Source: Chrysomallon squamiferum
Lineage: Eukaryota; Animalia; Mollusca
DNA length: 64,000 nucleotides
Direction of reading: 5' to 3'
Assembly (NCBI GenBank): GCA_012295275.1
Contig: CM022676.1
Coordinates: 2,790,001 to 2,854,000 of the forward strand
In this document: positions 14,780 to 29,209 of the stretch, one piece after another
Numbering within the stretch: the stretch's first letter is position 1
How the letters are laid out: every line of letters begins with the position of its first letter
The notes under the pieces: generated by a model
The model's input: only the letters and a program-made list of their open reading frames with translations
Database searches by the model: none
Told to the model about the DNA's origin: nothing
Made by a program: the position numbers and the translations under genes

Positions 14780-15270
14780 AATTTAATAAAAAATGACTTT
14801 ATAATATTTCAAATTTGTTTTGGTTTCTATATACTTAATCTACAGAATAATTAACTAATAAAAACAGAGTAAAGAAAATCAATACCTTAGAGAAAGGACT
14901 TTGTTTATTTTGAATACACACAGAGATTCTGACACTCTCTCTCTATTATCTGATGCGTCATCACTGCATCAGCACTGCAACCCGAAAAATGTTTGTGTGA
15001 AATCACAAATGAAAGCAAAGTCATATCTGATCAAATCCAAAGTAATAAGATAAAACATTAACAAATCTAGCAAAATGGAGAAGAGACGTTTTTATTTTTT
15101 TTTTAGTTCCTTGTTTTCTGGTTTATTTCTTTCTTGTTTTACTTGTTGTTGTTGTTCTTCTTCTTCTACTTCTTCTTCTCCTTCTTCTTCTTGTTATTAT
15201 CAAACATCTTGGTGAGAAAGCGTTTGTACACGTGTAACAGACACATCTATTTTAGAGTGTGTGAGTGTAT
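14780..15270 (-). pseudogene. Partial duplicate of the 3' end of the EGF-ShKT gene with the two ShKT exons fused
   Basis: 14780-14935 matches 16550-16715 and 14935-15270 matches 17120-17420. Reads CSADAVMTHQIIERECQNLCVYSK*; the acceptor is mutated (ttttcgg versus ttttcag). Confidence 0.75.
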
Positions 15271-16682
15271 GTGTGTTTGTGTATGTGTGTATATGTGAGA
15301 GAGAGAGAGAGACAGAAAGAGAGAGAGAGTAAATCAAGAATTATTCCGCAACATTAATATTAAAATTCTGCCTCTTAAACCTTTGTTATTACATTGATAC
15401 TGATTTAAATATATTTTGTTGGCAGTATGAGTTTCATTCATTCAATTTCGGAAGTAACTACGCTTACCCCTATAAATAAATACAAAAATAAGTAAGCAAG
15501 TAATAAGTAAGTAAATAAATAAATAAATAATATTTAACAGTGCAACGTTGATCTTAAATAAAGTAGATAATATTTAGAAAAATGAGATATGGCAGGAAGT
15601 CATACTGAAATTTGACGTCTTAATTCTTCCGGTATATTTTCCTGTTTTAATGAGAGTTAGTTCCCTTATATACAATTTGTATATTTTCGTTGCACTTACT
15701 TGTTTATGTGTTTGTTTATATATTTATTTACTGACAATTATACAGGTATTTCTAAAAACAGCACAGTCGAATAACATGCCTATAAGATAATATAGATAAA
15801 ATAAAATAAAGTACTAGTACTAATACTAGCAGCAGCAGTAGTAGTAGCAGTAGTAATAGTAGTGGTAGTAGTAGTAGTTGTAGTAATAGTAGTAGTCCCA
15901 GAGAAGGTGATGATAATATGTATGAGTGAAAGTGCACTTATTTATCTACTTACGGCGTTACACTACACTTATTCATTCATTCATCCATTCATTCGTTGTT
16001 TAATTATTTACATACAGTTTTTGGTTTATTCACGTATTTATTTATTTAATTCTTCATTCATTGATTTGTATACTTAATTATTTCTTGATTTATTTTTGAC
16101 TTGTTTGTAATATGTTTTATTATCATAATCATTATCACTAGTAGTATTAGAAGAAACACTAGTACTAGTAATTATTGTATTAACAGTATGTGCAGTAGTA
16201 GTGTTCTTGTTCTGATAGTTGCTATTTCTTTTGATAAAAAAACAACAAAAAAATTAGTTGAAGAGCATATGTCATTTATCTGAGATCGTATTTGTGACAT
16301 ACGGTTTTCAGAAACCGCATTACCCATTTTTCAGATCTAAAAGAAAAAAAAATAACACAAATGATTAATGATACCTTGATTTGGATATATATAGAATAAA
16401 TAATCATAACAAAAATAAAAACATTAATATAGCAATAACATTAATAACAACAACAATAATAAATATTCATTTATTTACTATTTAGTAAGTAATTTAAATT
16501 TTTAAATTTTCTCTTTTTGTGACCCCTAGGAAAGTTTCTCAAAATGTGATTAAAAATTTAACAAAAAATTGCTTTATAATATTTCAAATTATTATTGGTT
16601 TCTAAATAGTTAATCTACTGAATAATTAAATAATAAAAACAGAGTAAAGAAAAACAATAATACCTTACAGAAAGCACTTTGT

Positions 16683-19166
16683 TTATTTTGAATACAAGCA
16701 GAGGTGCTGACACTCATGGGACTCACGTTCATAACAGAACATGTGAGTGGCTTCGTCAAACGCATGTTCTTTAAAATGGCGACACTTTTCTTCTTGTCTG
16801 TCCTTGCACACCACGCCTATCACAGTAAACAGAAAACAAACAAATCAAATAAATAATTCCTGATAAGAAGCCTGAGGTCTATTCTGGATGCAAATAGGAA
16901 CTGAAGAGAATACAAAAAGAACTGAAGAAAGAATATTTATCACATTTAAACACTTTCATTTACAGGTAATACAGAGAGAAATACGTCCATCCTGCTTATT
17001 GTTTTATATATATACGCATGTATTTTACTATTGTTTATTTACAAATGTATCTACATAGACATATCAACTTACCATTCTGACATAACTGACAGGTTTTCAC
17101 ACACCAGAACCACAACATTCCAGAAGCTCTACACTCTTTCTCTATTATCTGATGCATTATAGTCAATGCGTCATCATGGCAATCTGAAAAGTGTTTGTGT
17201 GGAATCAGAAATTAAAGGAAAGTCATATCTGATCAAATCCAAAGTAATAAGCTAAAATGTTAACAAATCTAGCAAAATGGAGAAGAAACTGTTTTATTTC
17301 TTTATTTATTTCCTTGTTATCTGGATTATTTCTTTCTTCTTCTTCTTCATCTTCTTCTTATCAAATTTATTTGTGTGAAAGAATCTGTACAGGAGTAACA
17401 AGCATGTCTAATTCAGAATGTTTGTTCGAGAGAGATGAAGAGCTTCATTATTAATAGAGATAATAAATTGTTATTTTCCATTAACGCACTTACTTTCAGA
17501 TTCGTTAAACATTTATGTTATGATGTGTTTCGTCTCGTATTATGTTTTTAAAGGTAGGATAATGTGATGAAAAGTGAATCTATGTAAACAACATTTATCA
17601 CATGGCTGTGATTAATATTTTAGGATAAATATACATACATGCATACATACATAGATTCATACATACATGCATACATGGATACATACATATATTATGATGT
17701 TTCTTGTTTTTCGGTTTGTTTGCTTTCTATGATTTTTGTAATAAAAGTACTTACTTAGCTCACATTTATCCCCGTAGTAGTCTTCTTTGCACTTACATGT
17801 GCAAGATATCGTATTCAACACACCGCCATTTTGGCAGTCTAGATTGCATTCATCTGTAAGAATAGAATTCAATCAATGTTTATTTATTATTCATACAGCA
17901 TCAGATATCTACGAAAACTAAAAATGCTTATTAATATGATTAATAACTGAAAGGTTTTCACTGAAGTTAAACAACAAAAGTCTACTTCTGAAAAATACAT
18001 GAGTGTTGCTATCATCCTTCTGTAGTGAAGTTATGGCTTAGGGGGCCAATCCAAAACATGATACATGACTAAAACCAGAGTGAAATAATAGCAGAATTAA
18101 CTGGTAATCTGTCACGATGAAAGCGAACATGAAATAAACTTTAGTTTCAGATAAATATTCTAAATAAGAGAGACACAATACAAATTAATAAATAAATAAA
18201 ACTAAAAAGGCATAAATCACAGTAATTGATGTGAGAATATAGCCGTATTATGACATGAATTAAAATATTTACTACAGAAATCTCCTTAACAGCTGTTCAA
18301 ACAAGAACAGTTACAGTTATCTGACTTTAACACTCCGCCATTTAAACAGTCCTCGTTGCATACATCTGAATTTAAATAATAAATAAAAATAAAAAAAATG
18401 AAAAGGCATAAGTTATAGTAACTGACGTGAGAATAAAGCCGTATTATGATATGAATTAATATACTTACTACAGAAATCTCCTTCCCAGTTGTTCAAACAA
18501 GAACAGGTACAGCTATCTGAGTTGAACACTCCGCCATTGAAACAGTCCTCGTTGCATACATCTGAATTTAAATAATAAATAAAAATAAAAAAAAAATGAA
18601 AAGGCATAAGTTATAGTAACTGACGTGAGAATAAAGCCGTATTATGATATGAATTAATATACTTACTACAGAAATCTCCTTCCCAGTTGTTCAAACAAGA
18701 ACAGGTACAGCTATCTGAGTTGAACACTCCGCCATTGAAACAGTCCTCGTTGCATACATCTGAATTTAAATAATAAATAAAATAAAAAAAAATGAAAAGG
18801 CATAAGTTATAGTAACTGACGTGAGAATAAAGCCGTATTATGATATGAATTAATATACTTACTACAGAAATCTCCTTCCCAGTTGTTCAAACAAGAACAG
18901 GTACAGCTATCTGAGTTGAACACTCCGCCATTGAAACAGTCCTCGTTGCATACATCTGAATTTAAATAATAAATAAAAAAAAAAAAAAATGAAAAGGCAT
19001 AAGTTATAGTAACTGACGTGAGAATAAAGCCGTATTATGATATGAATTAATATACTTACTACAGAAATCTCCTTCCCAGTTGTTCAAACAAGAACAGGTA
19101 CAGTTATCTGAGTTTAACACTCCGCCATTGAAACAGTCCTCGTTGCATACATCTGAATTTAAAAAA

Positions 19167-19205
<39 letters not shown>

Positions 19206-19322
19206 ATACATACATTCATAAATAAACGTACGAAAGGCAATTCCTTCCCACCTTCCATACAAGAACAAATACAGTCCTGCATATTAGAATTGCACCGTTT
19301 TTAGACGGAAATCCACACGTAC
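16683..19322 (-). CDS. 3' portion of a cysteine-rich protein gene: tandem EGF-like exons followed by two ShKT-like exons (architecture resembles molluscan CAP/CRISP C-termini); possibly partly disabled
   Basis: All exons are AG/GT-bounded and phase 1: 19322-19232 (91 nt, frameshifted EGF); 19152-19060, 18955-18863, 18759-18667, 18561-18469 (93 nt, VCNEDCFNGGV[LF]NSD[NS]CTCSCLNNWEGDFC); 18365-18273 (same, with TAA at 18288-18286); 17853-17755 (ECNLDCQNGGVLNTISCTCKCKEDYYGDKCEL); 17183-17073 (CHDDALTIMHQIIEKECRASGMLWFWCVKTCQLCQN); 16816-16683 (VVCKDRQEEKCRHFKEHAFDEATHMFCYERESHECQHLCLYSK*). The 5' end is not visible (gap, then satellite). Confidence 0.75.
18200..19165 (-). repeat. Five tandem ~197-bp exon-plus-intron units, each carrying one EGF exon
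   Basis: Exon 3' ends at 18273, 18469, 18667, 18863, 19060 (spacings 196, 198, 196, 197). The three central units differ essentially only in the poly-A/T tract. Confidence 0.95.
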
Positions 19323-19482
19323 CTGATATATCATTAGAAAGGAATACGTTTTCATCTTGGCTAATAAGGATTGAAATGTTATAGCAAGGTAAATTATGAT
19401 TCCTTACTTTTTGTGATCCTATGTAGTTATGATGTTCAGGGACATCCGAAAAAGTTGCTAATTTAAAATGAAAAGTTTTGTA

Positions 19483-19682
19483 NNNNNNNNNNNNNNNNNN
19501 NNNNNNNNNNNNNNNNNNNNNNNNNNNNNNNNNNNNNNNNNNNNNNNNNNNNNNNNNNNNNNNNNNNNNNNNNNNNNNNNNNNNNNNNNNNNNNNNNNNN
19601 NNNNNNNNNNNNNNNNNNNNNNNNNNNNNNNNNNNNNNNNNNNNNNNNNNNNNNNNNNNNNNNNNNNNNNNNNNNNNNNNNN
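19483..19682. other. Assembly gap (200 N)
   Basis: Run of N. Confidence 1.
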
Positions 19683-21521
19683 ATATACAGACAGAGAGAC
19701 ACACCGACACACACACACACACACAGATAAAAACCTCTGGTACTGAATGATTATAAAATTGTAAAAGAAACAAAATTCAATCGATTTAAAATTGCCAGAA
19801 AATTTAAAAACAAATAAATTTCAGAATACTAATAAATACAAAATGAAATAATAAATACTGATATTATAAAAACGATTCCATCAAATGACACAAAAAATTA
19901 TTTTATTTACTGATTTTTTAATTATAACAGCAATAAGCAAAGTAGACAGGATATATAGGAAATAAGTAAGTAAACAAATCATAAACGACTTTGAAAGTTT
20001 AAACTGGTCGAAGGCTTAGTGAGTACATCTCACCTATTGGACCTCACTATAATATATGTTTCTGAACACATATCACTAAAGGGAGATAAGTCTAATCAAC
20101 ATAATTTTTACTTCGCTTAGTGAATACATCTCACGTAAGGGACCTAACTCTAATCGATATCATTTTTTCTCTGCTTTGTTTATATATATACAGACAGAGA
20201 GACACACCGACAAACACACACACACAGATAAAAACCTCTGGTACTGAATGATTATAAAATTGTAAAAGAAACAAAATTCAATCGATTTAAAATTGCCAGA
20301 AAATTTAAAAACAAATAAATTTCAGAATATTAATAAATACAAAATGAAATAATAAATACTGATATTATAAAAACGATTCTATCAAATGACACAAAAAATT
20401 ATTTTATTTACTGATTTTTTAATTATAACAACAATAAGCAAAGTAGACAGGATAGAGTAAATAAATAAGGAAACAATAAAGAACCACTTTAAAACTTTAA
20501 AATGATCGAAGAATTAGTGAGTACATCTCACCCAAGGGACCTCACTCTAATCGATATTATTTTTTCTTAGCTTAGTTTATATATATATATACAGACAGAC
20601 AGACAGACACACACACACACACATACACTTACACCTAGAAAAACCTCTGGTACTGAATGCATATAAAATTGTAAAAGAAACAAAATTCAATTAATTAAAA
20701 ATTGCCAGAAAATTTAAAAACAAATAAATTTCAGAATATTAATAAATACAAAATGAAATAATAAATACTGATATTATAAAAACGATTCTATCAAATGACA
20801 CAAAAAATTATTTTATTTACTGATTTTTTAATTATAACAGCAATAAGCAAACTAGACAGGATATCTAAGAAATAAATAAGTAAACAAATTATAAACGACT
20901 TTGAAAGTTTAAACCGGTCGAAGGCTTAGTGAGTACATCTCACCTATTGGACCTCACTCTAATATATGTTTCTGAACACATATCACTAAAGGGAGATAAG
21001 TCTAATCGACATAATTTTTACTTCGCTTCGTGAATACATCTCACGTAAGGGACCTAACTCTAATCGATACCATTTTTTCTCTGCTTTGTTTATATATATA
21101 CAGACAGAGAGACACACCGACACACACACACACAGACAGATAAAAACCTCTGGTACTGAATGATTATAAAATTGTAAAAGAAACAAAATTCAATCGATTT
21201 AAAATTGCCAGAAAATTTAAAAACAAATAAATTTCAGAATATTAATAAATACAAAATGAAATAATAAATACTGATATTATAAAAACGATTCTATCAAATG
21301 ACACAAAAAATTATTTTATTTACTGATTTTTTAATTATAACAACAATAAGCAAAGTAGACAGGATAGAGGAAATAAATAAGCAAGCAATAAAGAACCACT
21401 TTAAAACTTTAAAATGATCGAAGAATTAGTGAGTACATCTCACCCAAGGGACCTCACTCTAATCGATATTATTTTTTCTTTTCTTAGTTTATATATATAT
21501 ATACAGACAGACAGACAGACA

Positions 21522-21556
<35 letters not shown>

Positions 21557-23348
21557 ACACCTAGAAAATCCTCTGGTATTGAATGCATATAAAATTGTAA
21601 AAGAAACAAAATTCAATTAATTGAAAATTGCCAGAAAATTTAAAAACAAATAAATTTCAGAATATTAATAAATACAAAATGAAATAATAAATACTGATAT
21701 TATAAAAACGATTCTATCAAATGACACAAAAATTGTTTTATTTACTGGTATTTTAATTATAACAGCAATAAGCAAACTAGACAGTATATATAAGAAATAA
21801 ATAAGTAAACAAATTATAAACGACTTTGAAAGTTTAAACCGGTCGAAGGCTTGGTGAGAACATCTCACCTATTGGACCTCACTCTAATATATGTTTCTGA
21901 ACACATATCACTAAAGGGAGATAAGTCTAATCGACATAATTTTTACTTCGCTTAGTGAATACATCTCACGTACGGGACCTAACTCTAATCGATATCATTT
22001 TTGTTCTGCTTTGTTTATAATTATACAAACACACAGACACACCCACACACACATGCACAGATAAAAACCTCTGGTACTGAATGATTATAAAATTGTAAAA
22101 GAAACAAAATTCAATCAATTAAAAATTGCCACAAAATTTAAAAACAAATAAATTTCAGAATATTAATAAATACAAAATGAAAAAATAAATACTGATATTA
22201 TAAAAACGATTTTATCAAATGACACAAAACATTATTTTATTTACTGATTTTTTAATTAGAACAACAATAAGCAAAGTAGACAGGAGAGAGTAAATAAATA
22301 AGCAAACAATAAAGAACCACTTTAAAACTTTAAAATGATCGAAGAATTAGTGAGTACATCTCACCCAAGGGACCTCACTCTAATCGATATTATTTATTCT
22401 TTTCTTAGTTTATATATATATATATATACAAACAGACAGACAGACAGACACACACACACACACTTATACATATAAAAACCTGTGGTACTGAATGCATATA
22501 AAACTGTAAAAGAATCAAAATTCAATTAATTAAAAATTGCCAGAAAATTTAAAAAGAAATAAATTTCAGAATACTAATAAATACAAAATGAAATAATAAA
22601 TACTGATATTATAAAAACGATTCCATCAAATGACACAAAAAATTATTTTATTTACTGATTTTTTAATTATAGCAGCAATAAGCAAAGTAGACAGTATATA
22701 TAGGAAATAAGTAAGTAAACAAATCATAAACGACTTTGAAAGTTTAAACTGGTCGAAGGCTTAGTGAGTACATCTCACCTATTGGACCTCACTCTAATAT
22801 ATGTTTCTGAACACATATCACTAAAGGGAGATAAGTCTAATCGACATAATTTTTACTTCGCTTAGTGAATACATCTCACGTAAGGGACCTAACTCTAATC
22901 GATATCATTTTTGTTCTGCTTTGTTTATATATATACAGACAGAGAGACACACCGTCACACACACACACACAGATAAAAACCTCTGGTACTGAATGATTAT
23001 AAAATTGTAAAAGAAACAAAATTCAATCGATTTAAAATTGGCAGAAAATTTAAAAACAAATAAATTTCAGAATATTAATAAATACAAAATGAAATAATAA
23101 ATACTGATATTATAAAAACGATTCTATCAAATGACACAAAAAATTATTTTATTTACTGATTTTTTAATTATAACAACAATAAGCAAAGTAGACAGGATAG
23201 AGTAAATAAATAAGCAAACAATAAAGAACCACTTTAAAACTTTAAAATGATCGAAGAATTAGTGAGTACATCTCACCCAAGGGACCTCACTCTAATCGAT
23301 ATTATTTTTTCTTTTCTTAGTTTATATATATATATATACAAACAGACA

Positions 23349-23385
<37 letters not shown>

Positions 23386-24724
23386 ACACATAGAAAAACC
23401 TTTGGTACTGAATGCATATAGAATTGTAAAATAATCAAAATTCAATTAATTAAAAATTGCCAGAAAATTTAAAAACAGATAAATTTCAGAATACTAATAA
23501 ATACAAAATGAAATAATAAATACTGATATTATAAAAACGTTTCCACCAAATGACACAAACAATTATTTTATTTACTGATTTTTTAATTATAACAGCAATA
23601 AGCAAACTAGACAGGATATATAAGAAATAAATAAGTAAACAAATTATAAACGAGTTTGAAAGTTTAAACCGGTCGAAGGCTTAGTGAGTACATCTCACCT
23701 ATTGGACCTCACTCTAATATATGTTTCTGAACACATATCACTAAAGGGAGATAAGTCTAATCGACATATTTTTTACTTCGCTTAGTGAATACATCTCACG
23801 TAAGGGACCTCACTCTAATCGATACCATTTTTTCTCTGCTTTGTTTATATATATATACAGACAGAGAGACACACCGTCACACACACACAGACAGATAAAA
23901 ACCTCTGGTACTGAATGATTATAAAATTGTAAAAGAAACAAAATTCAATCGATTTAAAATTGCCAGAAAATTTAAAAACAAATACATTTCAGAATACTAA
24001 TAAATACAAAATGAAATAATAAATACTGATATTATAAAAACGATTCCATCAAATGACACAAACAATTATTTTATTTACTGATTTTTTAATTATAACAGCA
24101 AGAAGCAAAGTAGACAGGACATATAAGAAATAAGTAAGTAAACAAATAAAGAACGACTTTTAAACTTTAAAATGATCAAAGACTTAGTGAGTACATCTCA
24201 CCTAAGGGACCTCACTCTAATATATGTTTCTGAACACATATCACTAAAGGGAGATAATTCTAATCGACATAATTTTTACTTCGCTTATTGAATACATCTC
24301 AGGTAAGGGACCTAACTCTAATCGATATGATTTTTTCTTTGCTTTGTTTATATATATACAGACAGACAGACACACCCACTCACACACACTTACAAAGAGA
24401 AAAACCTCTAGTACTGAATGATTATATAATTGTAAAATAAACAAAATTCAATTAATTAAAAATTGCCAGAAAATTTAAAAACAAATAAATTTCAGAATAT
24501 TAATAAATACAAAAAGAAATAATAAATACTGATATTAAAAAACCGATTCTATCAAATGAAACAAAAAATTATTTTATTTACTGATTTTTTAATTATAACA
24601 ACAATAAGCAAAGTAGACAGGATAGAGTAAATAAATAAGCAAACAATAAAGAACCACTTTAAAACTTTAAAATGATCGAAAACGTAGACAGAAGATCTCA
24701 TCTAAGGGACCTAACTCTAATCGA
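19683..24724 (+). repeat. Satellite array of ~11 monomers with alternating ~500/~415-bp higher-order structure
   Basis: Marker ggtac/ggtat(tgaatg) at about 19739, 20240, 20649, 21152, 21575, 22073, 22484, 22985, 23404, 23907, 24410; spacings 501, 409, 503, 423, 498, 411, 501, 419, 503, 503. Confidence 0.95.
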
Positions 24725-24730
24725 GAAGTA

Positions 24731-25364
24731 TTGTACCTTGCGAGGAAGTATGACGTCACTAATCTAGAAAAGAGATGTCTTAAATATCTTAAAACGAAAA
24801 TGACTATAGTCGACGCATGCTTCATGTTGGTAGAATATCACATCAATAAACAAGACGATGTCACCGAAACGTGTCTGAGATATATTTGGGAAAATAGCAA
24901 AGCTGTACTGAATTCAAAGAGTCTCACAGATCTGTGTCGCGAATGTTTTAGAAACATATTTGAACCTGATGATCTGAACGCCACTGAGGAGACAGTTTTT
25001 CAGTCATGCATGAAATGGAGTGAAGCTGAGTGCAGACGACGGGAAAAAGAAATAACAGAAGAAAACAAACGTGAAATGCTGAGAAAAGAGCTGTACCTGA
25101 TTGGCTCTCCACTTCTCGAATCTTTTTCGAAGTCAAGTTTTGCCTAAAAATCTGTTAACGTATTCCAGAGATAGATGTGTCACTTTTCAGGAACAGAGTT
25201 GGTACAAAGAGAAATTTAATCAAAATTGAGAGATTTGTAAATATTTGTTTCCAGGGCGATGATGATAATTATAGCTCGTACATTGATACGATCACATTTC
25301 GCATACTGGTGGCACATTCAGTATTAAAACAAACTTTGTATCGCGATGAAAATGACTTGTGTGA
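24731..25364 (+). pseudogene. BTB-BACK-PHR-like paralog, copy 2 (exon 2 remnant only, internally deleted)
   Basis: Starts abruptly at LYLARKYDVTNLEKRCL a few bases after the satellite ends, with no exon 1 or acceptor. Deletions occur near 25120-25165, and roughly 300 bp of the PHR-like domain is missing after DTITF. The paralogous stop is at 25362-25364. Confidence 0.9.
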
Positions 25365-25824
25365 ATTTGATTTACATTATACTTATAAAACTTGCTACTG
25401 CTGTAGCAATCATAAATTATAAATGTAGATTAAACCATCTTATTTTTAATAGCAGTTTTCTCTACACACACATTCACGTGCACTCATAACTGCACATACA
25501 CACGTACACAAACTCAGCAGCTCACAAAACATAACAGAGAAGAAAAAAGTCACACCAACATTAAAAAAGGAATTTCACTTTCGTTTTGGTATAATAATAT
25601 TAACTATTGTATTAGACAATAGTATTATTATTAACTTCATTATCATAATTTATGACTGTTCTTGTGTTACTTTGGAAACATTTATCATAGTAACGTGTCT
25701 TCTGTGTGTTTTAATCATGGTTTTACAAAATTGTTTGGTTCATCTCCGATTACGGATTACAGAGAAGAATCAAGGGAAATCACTCTTGGATAACAACTCA
25801 ACTAATTTCATCGGAGTTACTTAC

Positions 25825-27619
<1,795 letters not shown>

Positions 27620-28399
27620 ATTTGATTCAAGTTATATTAATGAAACATGTTATTGCTGTAGCAATCATACATTATAAATACAGATCTGTACCCATATTAT
27701 AATTAATAGCAGTTTTATTACTATTATAAATATTCTCTACACACACATATACACATACACTCATACATGTATACACATACAGTCACAAAAATACTCATGA
27801 AGAAATATGCACACATACACATAACCCATAAACACACACACATAAACGTACATACACTCACAAATATATATGCACGTACAACCATAAACACACACACACA
27901 CACACACACGTACACTTATAAATGCTCATAAACATACACAGACACTGCAAAAATTAAAAGATGAAAACAATAACACACAAACAATGTGGAAATTTCAAAG
28001 ACAAATGGATTACTTACGGACGAGGAATTTCTCTTTCGTTTGGGAAGAAAATTATTATTTTATATTCATAACAAGAAACAACTTAACGTCAACTGACTGA
28101 AAAAAGCCAGGATTAACATTTTGTATATTAACTTTGCAGTGATAATTTTAATTGCTGTTTTAGATAATGGTTTTATTATTAATTTTATTGTCTTATAACT
28201 TATGACTGTTCGTGTGTTACTTTGGAAACATTTATCATAGTAACGTGTCATCTGTGTGTTTTAATCATGGTTTTACAAAACTGTTTGGTTTAACTCCGAT
28301 TCTGGAACAGAGCGAAGAAACAAGGGAAATCACTCTGGAATAACACCACAATTGATTTATTCAGAGTTACATACTAATTATTTATTTATTTTTTATTGA

Positions 28400-29060
28400 A
28401 CTGAAGGAAATCTACGTATACTGAAACCCACAGCTTGTGACATCCATTGCTGAGTTCAGATGGAATCAGTGAAGATCAAACTAATCGTATTTGATAGATT
28501 TTAGAGAGCCTAAGACACTCGTAAACTAAACAAAACTGAAGTCAACTCGGTGTCCATCCTCATCTCTGGCGCTGTTTTGAAGTTGTGTGTCTGGCTATTT
28601 ACGGCTCTGTAGAAGGATCAACCATGCTGATTTGTTGTACTAGTTTGAAAGAGGCGAGAGGGACATTAACAGTTCTACTGTTTGGGTGTTTGTGGCGCAC
28701 GGTGCTCTTCTCTCTGGGATCACGACTCACAGTCTATATTTTTATGTTTGGCAATCTTTATTTACGGATTCAGGCTGAGCACGGTGCTGTCCAGGTTCGA
28801 CAGTTTTGTTACTATAGCCACGATTATGACGTCTCTGTGACGAGGAGTTCTGATGCATCTGAACTTTCCACTGCAATATGTCTACAGCTACACAATCAGC
28901 ATCTAACATCTTGGGTTGAAGGGCAAAATGCCTCAACATTTCGTATGTGATTCAAGATAAGAACGGCGTACTTGTTCAGTACAGGGGCTAGACAATAAAA
29001 GTACCCGAATGTAATTTTTCTGACGACGTGAAATTGAATTTTTTCCGATCCTCATATGTA
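28400..29060 (-). mobile_element. Degenerate DNA-transposon relic, pogo/Tigger (DDE_1)-like; second copy at 60295-60970
   Basis: GC-richer island. The minus strand reads ..KC*GILPFNP.., and the second copy reads GILPFNPNVWLNADCAA, resembling the GIxPFNP motif after the pogo-family DDE domain. No long ORF or TIR seen. Confidence 0.45.
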
Positions 29061-29209
29061 AAGAATATTTCCTAACCTACAAATATGTAATATCCTATAT
29101 AGGCACCTATATAACCACCATCACTAATATAGCAAAAAGTTACATTAAATGGTTGATCTTCCACTACCTGTAGTAGCACAACATACACGATGTTGACCGA
29201 GGTATCAAA

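Noticed and set aside
19216-19773. ORFs spanning the N run
   Set aside because: Artefacts of the 200-N gap; only the frameshifted EGF exon 19322-19232 inside them is meaningful.
19683-24724. CRISPR-like repeat/spacer appearance of the palindromic gtgagtacatctcac motif
   Set aside because: The intervening sequences are themselves repeated rather than unique spacers, the context is eukaryotic, and there are no cas genes.
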